Of a stretch of 64,000 bases of DNA, positions 13,001 through 23,957 are shown piece by piece. The position numbers were made by a program, and so were the translations under genes. Every line of letters starts with the position of its first letter. The stretch's first letter is position 1. The DNA comes from Stylophora pistillata (lineage: Eukaryota): contig NW_019218033.1 in assembly GCF_002571385.2 (NCBI RefSeq), positions 215,576-279,575 of the forward strand. Direction: 5' to 3'. The notes beneath the pieces are model-generated. The model was not told the origin of the DNA, did no database searches, and saw only the letters and a program-made list of their open reading frames with translations.

Positions 13001-13786
13001 GACTAAATTCTAAGTCAATCCTTGCTAAAGAAGCCTGTTGATTTTAAATTATGGTTTTGTATCATCAAATAGGAGTACAAGTCAGCCCTCAGATACATAA
13101 ACAGATTACTACAAATAGAACCTGAAAACCGACAGGGGCTTGAGTTGCATGAAAAAATCACTGGTCAAATGAAAAAAGGTTGGTACATTTTTGTTGTACA
13201 TGGTGTATGAAGATTAAACTAATCCTTTTGCAGTTTTTAAGTGCAACACTTCTCCAACACCTAAGTTGCATGTTTTTGTGTTGTCATATGAATATCCAAT
13301 TTAAGCTGTCTGGTTACAATTTTCTGTATTTTAAAAAGGTTTTATTTGCCTGTTAATGACTTACAATAAGCTCAATATCCTGGTGTTTCCCCACTTTTAC
13401 AGACAATTTCTATTACGCCATTGCTCATCTTAGAGACGTCTTAAGCTAGCAATTTTTATTTGTGCAATAATTTATTTGTGCAATAATTAATTGTAAACTG
13501 GCTAATGCACATGCATGCACATGTTTGAGAGATGCTTGGCCTGACAGTGACTATTTAATTAAACACATCCTGGATTTATAAATGTCACAAAATCATGAAG
13601 TTTGCGCCTGCACTGTCATGACCAGACCAACAGATTTAATATTCCATAGAGGTTTCTGTTTAATTTATATGATGCTGTGCTATTTCCACAGACGGCTTGA
13701 TTGGACTTGGAATCTTGGGAGGTACAGCTCTTATTGTGGGTGGAGCAGCAGCCTTGGCTGGGATGGTATTTGCAAGCCGAAAATGA
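10056..13786 (+). CDS. FIS1: Mitochondrial fission 1 protein (145 aa, 5 exons)
   Basis: Exons: 10056-10088 (MDEVLSEGDVK), 11754-11886 (RFEDQY...TQFSYGWCLIKS...KGVLLLQ), 12692-12762 (DQRDYLYFIAEGYYKLN), 13073-13178 (EYKSALRYINRLLQIEPENRQ...MKK), 13692-13786 (DGLIGLGILGG...transmembrane...SRK*). TPR-like region plus C-terminal anchor typical of Fis1; all introns GT-AG. Confidence 0.95.
10447..10640 (-). mobile_element. Polinton/Maverick-like relic: packaging-ATPase N-terminus joined to a pPolB C-terminal fragment
   Basis: The minus strand reads MKMNPDNIPFNTLIVGPTNSGKS (Walker A) then a stop. In another frame it reads CKGVTMNVIKKHISFEDYNKTLLTG, resembling the K(A/C)KGV...I.F.DY..CL motif of protein-primed PolB. 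Confidence 0.55.
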
Positions 13787-13788
13787 AC

Positions 13789-13820
13789 AACCCTAACCCT
13801 AACCCTAACCCTTAACCTAA
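13789..13820 (+). repeat. Short telomere-like (CCCTAA)n tract just after the FIS1 stop
   Basis: AA(CCCTAA)3CCCTTAACCTAA, seen directly. Confidence 0.85.
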
Positions 13821-14712
13821 ATTGTCATAGATGCAGATAAATGTAATCAAGGGAAGAGTGTAATAAGTAATATTATCAGCAGTATTAATACTGTTTAGCA
13901 TTGTGGAGCATTTTGTGGGCTAAGATGGGGATTTTAGTACACTTTTGCCCACTTGCACACTTGCTTGATTTTTCGGGCTGTTTTGTTGTCATTTTTTTTA
14001 GTTCCTATTCTCTCAATGCTTTCCAAAGTGATAATGATAGTAACAAAGCTGATGTGCTTTGGTATAAATATGTTTGAGGCCCTTCTCATTTTAACCCTTA
14101 CCTAAGGGCTCAGGCTAAGGTGACTCTGAGTTGGGCCCAAAACATACATGTATTAATCTTAGATTTGGAACGTCTTAAACAAGTGGACAAAACCGTGGAG
14201 AAAACAACTGGTAGCTGAAAGGTTGGGCATTATGATACAGTGGTGTGTCAACTGCCTCTCCATCTGCTCAAGCATATGGGAAAAAATTATGTATAAATTG
14301 CTTAGATAGTGAAATTAGTTCAGTCTAGAGCAGAAAAATAACATTAAACTTGAGATTGCGTTGGAACAATTGAAAAACAATTGCCATGGATAAATTAATG
14401 GTGATATGAGAGATGCATTACGATAAAAAATAAAACTAGAACTTCCAAACATTGCGTGACTGGCTTGAAGAACTTGGTAATGGGGAAATGTAACCACATC
14501 TCAGAAAAATCTCTGTCATGTCATGTAGTTACAGTTGACTGTAGAATAATCCTGGAGCAAAGATAACTTCAATATTATTTTTTGGTTTATCACTCAGCTT
14601 CCTTCCCCAACTGTATTCATCTAGGAGAGTGAATATTGCCATGCAAAGATAACGTTTCAAAACCAACCACAATGTTTGCATCCAAATTAAGGATGGTTAA
14701 AGCTAGGTCTGA

Positions 14713-15914
14713 CAAAGTAACTTGGATGAAGTAAAATATGGTGTTCCCCAAGGATCCCTCCTGGGTCCAAGGCTTTATACTATCTACGTCAATGACCTCC
14801 CTAATGCTATTACATCTGGAGACTCGTTCATGTATGCAGATGATACAACATTATATTGTGTGGGGAAGAACTTTGATCAGGTCTGCTCACAATTAAATAA
14901 CATTCTCGAGCAACTTCTGCTTTGGAGTACAACGAACAAACTTTGTATTCATCCTGTAAAGTCTGAAGTTATGATCCTTAGCAAATCGGGCTTCATTGGT
15001 CCTGCTCCTCCAATATGCTTCGGAAATAATTTTATTAATGTTGTTAATAAGACTACTTGTTTGGGATTAATCATTGACAATAGGATTACATGGGCATTGC
15101 ATGTGGACCATGTAAAAAAAATCTTTTGCACAGAAAGTGGGCGCATTAAAAAGAATGAAGAAGCTTCCTGTGAAAGTGCTGGAGGAAATTTACTTTAAAT
15201 CTATTCTACCTGCGGTATCGTATGGTATTGTGGTGTGGGGAAACTGCAATTATTCTATTATGGAATCCTTAAACCCTATACATGCAAGAGCTGCATGAGT
15301 TATCCACCAGGATAAAAGTCTTGAAGAGTTAAATTGGTTGCCAATTTCTTACATATATAAAAGAAGACTCCTTCTTCTGATGCACGATGTTTTAAATGAT
15401 AAAATCTTATATGCCCCTTTTAATTTGAAGTTACGCAACAGACCATCACGTACAGGAGGGTTACAGGTTGAAATCCCTAGAGTGAACTACAAAGTGGGAA
15501 AGGAATCAGCACAATACAGAGGACCTGTAATCTGGAATTTTATTGCTAGGCTGGCAAATTTTAATGTGAACATTCAAAAAGACAGTTTTAAAAATATTTT
15601 ACGTAAGCTCTCACAGAACATAAATAGCTTCTCTTTTGAAGCGCCTATGATTGCTATGAAAGACAGAGATTTTGTGTATTTTTAAGTTTTATTACATTGC
15701 ATGTAAATTTTTGAATTAATTCGTGACTTGTTTGCTAATGAATTTTATTACAATGATCATATTGAATATTTAAATACCATAGGGTGACTTTATGAATTAT
15801 TTTAGTTTTACATTTTATTAGTTCGTTGTAGGTCCACATCAGCCTTATGGCTGCCCCCTTCCTTACAACCTGCATTACTAAATAAAATGATTGATTGATT
15901 GATTGATTGATTGA
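14713..15914 (+). mobile_element. 5'-truncated CR1/L2-group LINE (RT C-terminus, 3' UTR, (TTGA)n tail)
   Basis: GVPQGSLLGP...YVNDL, YADDT, CLGLIID and YRGPVIWN motifs. Frameshift near 15120 and an in-frame stop near 15296. AATAAA is followed by (GATT)n at 15889-15914. Confidence 0.9.
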
Positions 15915-18900
15915 AGGGTGACTTTTTTCAAACTTTATTAAAGCTTGGAATATAGCTTTTTGACAAAAATGTTTCAGGGAGTAAACAAACAGTCATCTGG
16001 GGATTTGGGGGGGGGGGCAAACTTCTGTGGATTCTTCAGCAATAGACGCAGATGTTTCTAGCTGGGAGGAGACTGTGGAGCCAGTATGAAGCCTAAAATT
16101 TAATTTTACAAGGTATTGTATTCAGCATCGTGATGGAGATTCTTACTTATTTCTCATTTAGGAACAGCGAAAATAGATAGCTCCATAGGACATAAGTCAC
16201 CCAAGATATTATTGTGAGTTAATAGAACAAACGAACACATATAAGATCAGGCTCACAGTCTGTTAATGGATAATTAAGTTGAGAAATCTTCACCACTAAA
16301 GTACTGAAGGTGACAAAGCTAAGTAACAGCACCTGCATTCAAGAGTTACAAATCTCATCCCTAACAAGGTGTCAATTTCCTATTTCCATTTTCTAGCCAG
16401 CTTTTTGTTTTCTCCTATTTTCTATATTTACTTTAAGGGTTTCACTTGGTACACGACAGATTTTCTATGAGATAAAATTGTCCATGAATTCCTTCAAAAA
16501 GCTGATAACTTTCATCAAAAAGAGCAGTGTGAAATCTTGTTGAATTTCCTTCTAACTTTCCAAAAGTTTTTGACTCTCTAAAAAAGAGGTAAGAAAATGT
16601 TTTTCAAGCCACTACTCTGTGAAGCAAATATGCTACTGCACTGAGTTCTATCTCCTGACAACGAAAATTACATTGGTGATCAAACCAGAAAGGCCTTAGC
16701 ATGCTTAATAACTGCAAATCAGATGTTGGCTTTTCTTGGAATTTGAGCTTTTAATGTCGCCACAGGTTCGATCCTCTGACCGAGGTCGGAAACTTGAGCT
16801 TTCACTGAGGTCGAAAGAAGACAGGTGTAATCGAGCATAGTAGAGAATCAGCAAACTGCCAGGAAAACCTGACAGAACGATTTAGGTGGGAGGCGGAGGC
16901 TGTGTGTCTACCATGGACAAGCATCCTATTAGAAATAGAAATAGAAACACCTCTTGTCCCATAAGCTCCCTACATACTCCGAGGCGACTGCCACTAACTC
17001 GCCTTACGCTTCTGGCACTACAAAATTACCACCTCCAGGGTAATTATGTTTTTCCAAAATTCAGATTGACTGCTGGCAAAGCTTCCAAATGTTTCAGAAA
17101 AAAGTCAATAATCACTTCTGAACAAGTAAAAAATTTACTTAGGGAGTTCTTGTAAAGTATGTAAATTATGCAAATTATGAGAATAGGTTTCTAGAAAACG
17201 GACAGTCATAGGTTAATTGGTTGTTGTTTGCTGATTGCACCCAAGCCTAAAAACACTCCTCAAAATCGCACAGATAAAAGTGTTAGTTGCTGAAATTTAA
17301 CTTTCTAAGAGCGCGCAAGATGTAGCAATTCCACTGTTCGAGAAAAAAAAAAGCAATATGACTTGCCATCCAACAATNNNNNNNNNNNNNNNNNNNNNNN
17401 NNNNNNNNNNNNNNNNNNNNNNNNNNNNNNNNNNNNNNNNNNNNNNNNNNNNNNNNNNNNNNNNNNNNNNNNNNNNNNNNNNNNNNNNNNNNNNNNNNNN
17501 NNNNNNNNNNNNNNNNNNNNNNNNNNNNNNNTCACGAGTCATTTCTTCTGACATAGACCTATGCATTTTCTTCGCGATGGGTGTCTAATTACCCCAAGCA
17601 GAGTTCAAGCGCAACCTTACTGAAATATCACATCACTCAGCTTCGAACAATCTGAATGAATTGGAAAGTTCGATGACTGACCGAGCCGGCTTGATTGAAA
17701 GGATTTCGATTAGTTCCGTGGAAATATTCAAAGCTCTTCAAATGTTGAAATCGTTAAACTGTGATTCTTGTAATAAACGATTTATTGAAAGATGAATCTT
17801 TTCACAACAAGCCGCAACCACTAAATTGGGAAAAGATGACATTCACCGCTTTTCAGAGTTAATGAAATTTATTCAAATGGAACGACTCCAAACAGAAAGG
17901 TACGATTGTCATCAGTTAAATACTATACAGTAACTTTCGTCGCCTCTGTAAAACACGCTAAGTCATAGCTAATCTATAATCCTTTGTAAATCTCATTTAA
18001 CAGGCAGAAAGGAAGCCGTCCTAACTTGAGAGCGGTTCCATCTACATGCGCTAATAACCAAGTCATTTTACAGGGAAGTTCAATTTATCATGAGGAAACA
18101 AGGTTTACATGGAGGCCTCTGCAAAGCCAATCACAAGTCACAGCACTAATCGAATCTCACCCCGGTAATTAAAAGTCGTTGATTACATATCACTGTTTTT
18201 GCTTGAAACGTAATTAAATTATTCAAATTTGTTGTTTCTATCAAACAAGAGTTGGATTGTTGTCATAAGTTAACAGTAACGTGCTTTATACGCCTAATTA
18301 AATTCGTCCAAAATGGGGAGTTAATTTTGCACTCAAGCCGAGCCCAGTAAACACGAGACCATGTGTGTCTGTCAGCTTCACCCGACACAGCGCTGGGGCA
18401 GGTGCTATCCGGTGTCCCTTCCAAATAAGGCAAGCTTGTAATATCAAAAGAAAGTTTTCAGTAATTGATTCACCAATTATCTCATTGATAGATTGCCTAA
18501 TGCTACTAATTCCTTGATAATCTCAGCGTCGTACTCCTTCCCGCTATCCTATTAACAGAGCAATATTTTTTGTTGACGTGAACAAAGCGGCCGACAGCGG
18601 CGGGTCTTCTGCTATCGTTAAAGGTCCCCATCTCAGCGTGATTTGTGTGATCCCGTGTTAAGAACTCGTGTACAAGTAGCGCAAACAAAGACGTTTATTA
18701 AATCATTGTCCGGGTGGTTGTTTCGCAGTGAGTCGCACCCTAAACAAATTAACACTCTTAAGGTCCAGGACATTCGACAGAATTCGCGAACAGTTCAAGA
18801 CAACGTACAAATCTCTACCAAACCGTCTTTTTTCTGTCCATATATATCTTACAATAGTAGAACGACTAAAGGGGGGATCCTTTAAGAAACTAATTAAAAA

Positions 18901-19000
18901 TTGATGCTGAAAGAGCAAGTTCACAAGTAGCGTCGATCATGATTCTAAATAAAAGTTACTCAGACGAACGCAGCACGTGTGAAATATGATCAAACACAAT

Positions 19001-21174
19001 TCAATCAGTGGAAGAGCCACTGAAGACACAGCCCAAGGAAGCGGCGTGTTCTCGTGCTTTCAGTCTTAGCGCCGCGATACTGGTTGTTCTTCTGTCGGGC
19101 TCTACAGGTGAAATGCTTCGAGGAGAAGAACCACAAGACACAACGGGAGAGATTTTAAACACTGGTGCCTTATAGGGCACTGAGGTTGACGCTAAAAGTG
19201 AGCTGCTACCATTGCCGCCGCTAAGTATGGCCGCCGCCGAAAAGTACTCGGAGTGGTGGGCGTAATAAGGTGAATAAAAGTGGGCCATACTACTTGACTG
19301 TGGGCAAACCGTGGCATGTAATGGAAGACGCAGGGCCGGAAAAGAAGGCGGCGGGCGAGGAGGATTCGCGGCAGAGAAACCACAATCCCATTCTTGATCG
19401 TGGTTTCTGCTAGCAGCCGTCAATTCTGAGGTGTAAGCTGACAGTGGAGGAGGAACTAAAGTGTTACCTAGTCCAAGTGGAGCATGGAGGCGGACACCTT
19501 GAGCCTTCTCACGTTTACGCCATTTCGCTCGTCGGTTCTGAAACCAAACCTATTTTGCAAAAGTAAACGAATTCATTGGCTTTGTATTACTGAATTGCCC
19601 AATAAAACAATCAACCTTTTTTATCGTAGCAGAGTTTGCCTCAGTAAATGTTATTCTTATCCTTCAACCAAAGACAAATCTAAAATTAACATCAATTTTG
19701 CATAACCACGAGAACGTCGTTAATCATTGTTTTGAAAACGAGAAAAATGATAAATTGGCAATATAGTAAGGCACTTAGCTTTTTTAATTTAAAGTTGAAA
19801 CAAAAATTATCCGTAGCAGTTTTGGAGGAATGAAGTGTGACTTCTTACAGAGTTTTCGATACATTCACACTAATTTGTCCACAGCAAGACGCCTAAGATC
19901 TACTGACTACCGCAATGCTGTGCAGTAAACAACCGTGAATAAACTGATTCGTGATACACCCTAAACATCACAAAATCTATCGAGGCCTTTATTTGAATAA
20001 TTGCCATTGGCAATTGTGTTTCAAGTGCTGTGGAAAATTGCCAGGTTTATTAATTTCCTTGTCGTAATAGTTTTGTGATCGTCCTCGTTATCAGCGATCA
20101 TCAACAAATGCCTCTGATTTGTGCAGTTTAATTCGTTTCCAGTTTTTATCTCTGCCAATAAGGAGGTTTGCGTCCGCAAGTAAATTGGACTATTTAATTA
20201 ACCAGGGAACAAATCCGCTCATAAATTGTTCCAGTGATTTGAACAATACTGTTGACTGCTACTCAGACCATCAGCCGGTCGGCTGTGCGGTGTACTACAT
20301 TGTTAGCTATTAATACCTGAACACGCGCTTCAGTTAAATCAATTTTCATGGCCAGTGCCTCTCTTGTGAACACATCTGGATAATGAGTCTTGGAGAAAGC
20401 CCTTTCTAACTCTTCTAGCTGATAGCTTGTGAAGGTTGTACGGTATCGACGCTGTTTCCTAAGTTTTCCTGGTGAACACTTACTCTCTTGATCTCCTTCA
20501 TCATCGCTTTTCACTTTAAGTTCATCTTCACTTTCAACATTATCCGCTGAATTTGCTTCCGCGTCGTTCTCTGAGAAAAAAAAAAAAACCTGGATGGATT
20601 GTGGTCTGCTGTTTTGAATGAAGAAAGAAGGGTGATTATTAGATTAAAAAAATTAAGACGATTTGTGTCTAATGCTGGTATGACAATTAGAACTAATCTT
20701 CAACACCATAATGAAATCATTTGGCAGAATCATTTTGTCTTAAAACCGAATTTTATGACACGAAAAGTTTGGTTAAAGCTATCCTTTTCCCAATTGAATC
20801 ACAAAGATTTTAAAGTTACATATAAAAATCATTAAATTGACGAGATATTGATGTAGTCCACCCCAGTTAACGAAAGCAAAATGCCACCAGTAGTGAAAGA
20901 AAAAATTCTGGCATGTGAAAAGGCGTTACACACCCAATTTAATTTCCAGCTTATTTGTAGACTACATAGCAAGATTTGAAAAGCTGTGTAAGCTAACAAG
21001 TGAGTCTGTGTCTACGCTACCTTGTTTTCTCTCTTCTGTGCTCTGACCTAACTTACGGTCTGCTGCTTCGTCGAAAACACGATCCAGTTTTGTACTCTGT
21101 TTGTGTTCATCGTCTCGGTTGAGTCCCAACAGTCCATCAATAGTGTAAGAGCTGGGTATGGCCTTGGTACTCAT
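19001..21174 (-). CDS. ARX: Aristaless/ARX-like paired-like (Q50) homeobox transcription factor, 3 exons
   Basis: Exons: 21174-21021 (eh1/octapeptide SYTIDGLLG), 20570-20317 ([47 protein letters not shown]), 19549-19001 ([15 protein letters not shown]...OAR motif [15 protein letters not shown]). The intron sits at the canonical PRD-class homeodomain 46/47 position. Confidence 0.9.
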
Positions 21175-21194
21175 GTTTGGTGGCCGAACTCGGG

Positions 21195-21345
21195 TAAATG
21201 GAATGCGTCAAGTCTTCCAAGTGTTTTAATAAAACCCTGTGGACACATCGACCGCACGAGCTATTCTATTGGTGTAAAAGCAATGAAACTCTCAACCGAT
21301 AATAAAATTAATAAAACTACGAAAGTTCATTAGGGGACGTCATGA
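21195..21345 (-). promoter_or_regulatory. Putative core promoter of the ARX-like gene
   Basis: On the minus strand: TATTAAAA at 21231-21224, Inr-like GCATTC about 25 nt downstream, CCAAT near 21270 and a CRE-like TGACGTCC near 21340. Confidence 0.45.
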
Positions 21346-23957
21346 TACTCAGCGCATATTCTTTACATTTGCAATTAGTTTAATCTCATTTGATCAAATA
21401 GCCGACAACAACGTGAAAATGACAGATTCCTCATTAAGTGTGTGACAAAAACGATTCCTTTCATACGACAGTTTTCACGCGAACTATTCAGATGGGGGTA
21501 TGATCTTCAAGAAACTTCACGGTCCGAGTTACGGGGTTAAGTGTGTGAAATAACCATGTTGACTCACCGGTACTGAGTTGTTTATTCGGGACCGCTCTCT
21601 TTCTCTCACACTAACCACTTACAAAGTATTGATGGTACGCCAGCGAGACTTTCTTCCCTCCTCGAACCATTTACGGGGTCAAGATCCCAACAAATGTTGT
21701 AGTTCACCGGTTATGACAGACCTATTGTGACTTGTGTTTCGTCGTTAGGATATTTCTCAGCGACGAAATGTGTGTTATGAATTCTATCGCACGCTTCGAG
21801 GCGTAATCTTCAAATATTCTGTTCCAATAAATATAAATTAAAACCACATTCAACTGTAAATAGGTTTAACAGCTGATATCACCAGCTGCCCTGAACAATG
21901 ACCCGGTAAGAAAAGAATATTGAAAACTTGCACCCATCTCAACATTTTGATTGGGTTAATTAATCACCATTTGTCCCCGTAATTAATTAATTAATACCGT
22001 TTATCTTGAGTCGATACAAGCTTCGCAATGAACCAATCACACAGCTTGCCTATTGAAGCGTTCGAGATGTGCCGCTGCCGGGAATTACACATTATCACAT
22101 AGGTGTTATTACATGTTTACCTTGTGCCACAATTCGGTGCGCGGTATGCGTTATTATCATACCAATAAAACGTCCTTTTATCACCAACTCATTCCAATTT
22201 AATTAAACTAATAAGCCCGCAAAATGAATGTGGCCACAAACTAAATCCTCTAGTGAGTGGAATTCCTTAGCAAAAGAGCGTTGGTGCAATCGCGAGGATT
22301 AAAAGTCGTTTTCCCTTCGCGGTGTAAATGTTGAAGTCTCCAGCATTGATTTCCTCAAGTGCTTTTTCAACAATTAAGTTTGTTGTTCGTGTGCGCGTAA
22401 ACACTACGAGAAAAAGCAAATACGCGAACAATACGGCAGCGAATATTGATAGCATAATTGTGCGAAACGATCGAAATCAACAGTGATAATGTAATAACTA
22501 TATTTTGTCAGACCAAGCGTTCGCACGAAATTAATCGAGTTCATAAATAAAGAATTGTACAGGAGGGGTTTAATTCCCTTTTTAAAACGAACCGAAAACG
22601 ATGTTATTGCAACAATAATCAGCCTTTTTCTCTTAATGTACGTGAACTGACCAGGTTATTTCAACTAAGAAAGCTCTGATGCAAATTAAATCACTTCAAA
22701 CAAATTTCACAAACGACGGGCCAGCAGAAAAGACAACTGGCTTAATTTGAACTTTTTCAGATGACTTGACTCTCGTAGAAACACAGTAAACGACTCCTGA
22801 CTGCTAACTCAACATCGTTGCCTCGGACTCGATCAAGATGGTTTTAGAGGGAAAGCTTGCTTCGTGAAAAGTGACACAACAAAGTTTATTTATCTACACT
22901 CAAGTGCAAGAAAAAGATTCCAAACAAACACTTCACCTGTGAGGATTTCAATATCCGCTATCACCATTCGAGTAAGTTTTGACGGTCATCTATTGTTCTC
23001 TTTCAGGGTCTCTGTCACAGCAAGTTGGTTAGAAAGAAACGAAACTCAACGCGTGGGAAAATGGTAAAATTTACTAATAAAATTCGGTACTATACAATGA
23101 TCCATCTTTCGTAGAATTACAAAACATATTCCAGTAAATTTATCATAAGAATAAGATAAAAGACAGCGAGGACGGGAAAACTTCTCCCTCTAAAACCACA
23201 CAAAATTACAAAACAACGGTGGTTAAACATATTAGCATTTTGGCATTTCTAAATCTATACAAAACAAATCAAGTGGAAAATTTAAAAAGTACGGGAAAAT
23301 AATCGTCCACCGCAACATCCACTTTGATTCTTCCAGAGCTAAACAAGAAAGAATCTAATCCTATACAAGATGATTCCTTCTAATTTCACTTGTTAGCGTG
23401 GCAATCTTGAACCTTACACTAAATACATATGGATGCAATTCTTTAAAAAATCCTTTAGTTAGCCTTATTTACTCTGCTTCCTTTTACCATTAACAAGGTA
23501 GTAAGAGTAATATCATCTGCCGATGATTCCAACACATTCCAATTGGGCATCACCCTGTTGCTTGGACCCGGCTGGAAAGTCAGGCGGCGGCGGCGGACTA
23601 CAGTTAGTACCCGACCATATGCTGACAAGGTGAAAGTCTACTAATTACATTTATATTTTAGTGAAACAGTCTCCTGGCTCGTGATTAGGCGGCAGAGTTA
23701 CGGCAGGAGACAATTCCATATTTCACGCACTCCCTCGCAAGCTCTCTCCGTTCATTCACTTATTTCGAAACTGATCTCTCTCTGTTATGATTTGTTTGTT
23801 CGCTCGCACTCTCGCGCGTTTTCTCGCTCGCACTCTCGCGCGTATTCTTGCACGCTCGCTCACACGCACGCATGTCCGCACGCACGCACCCAAGTCGACT
23901 ACTTTCACGACTTCTTTCTCTTGGGAAGATTTCAATTACAAGATTGACAATCACTTC

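Noticed and set aside
17297-17588. ORFs containing X runs
   Set aside because: Artefacts of the N gap at 17378-17531.
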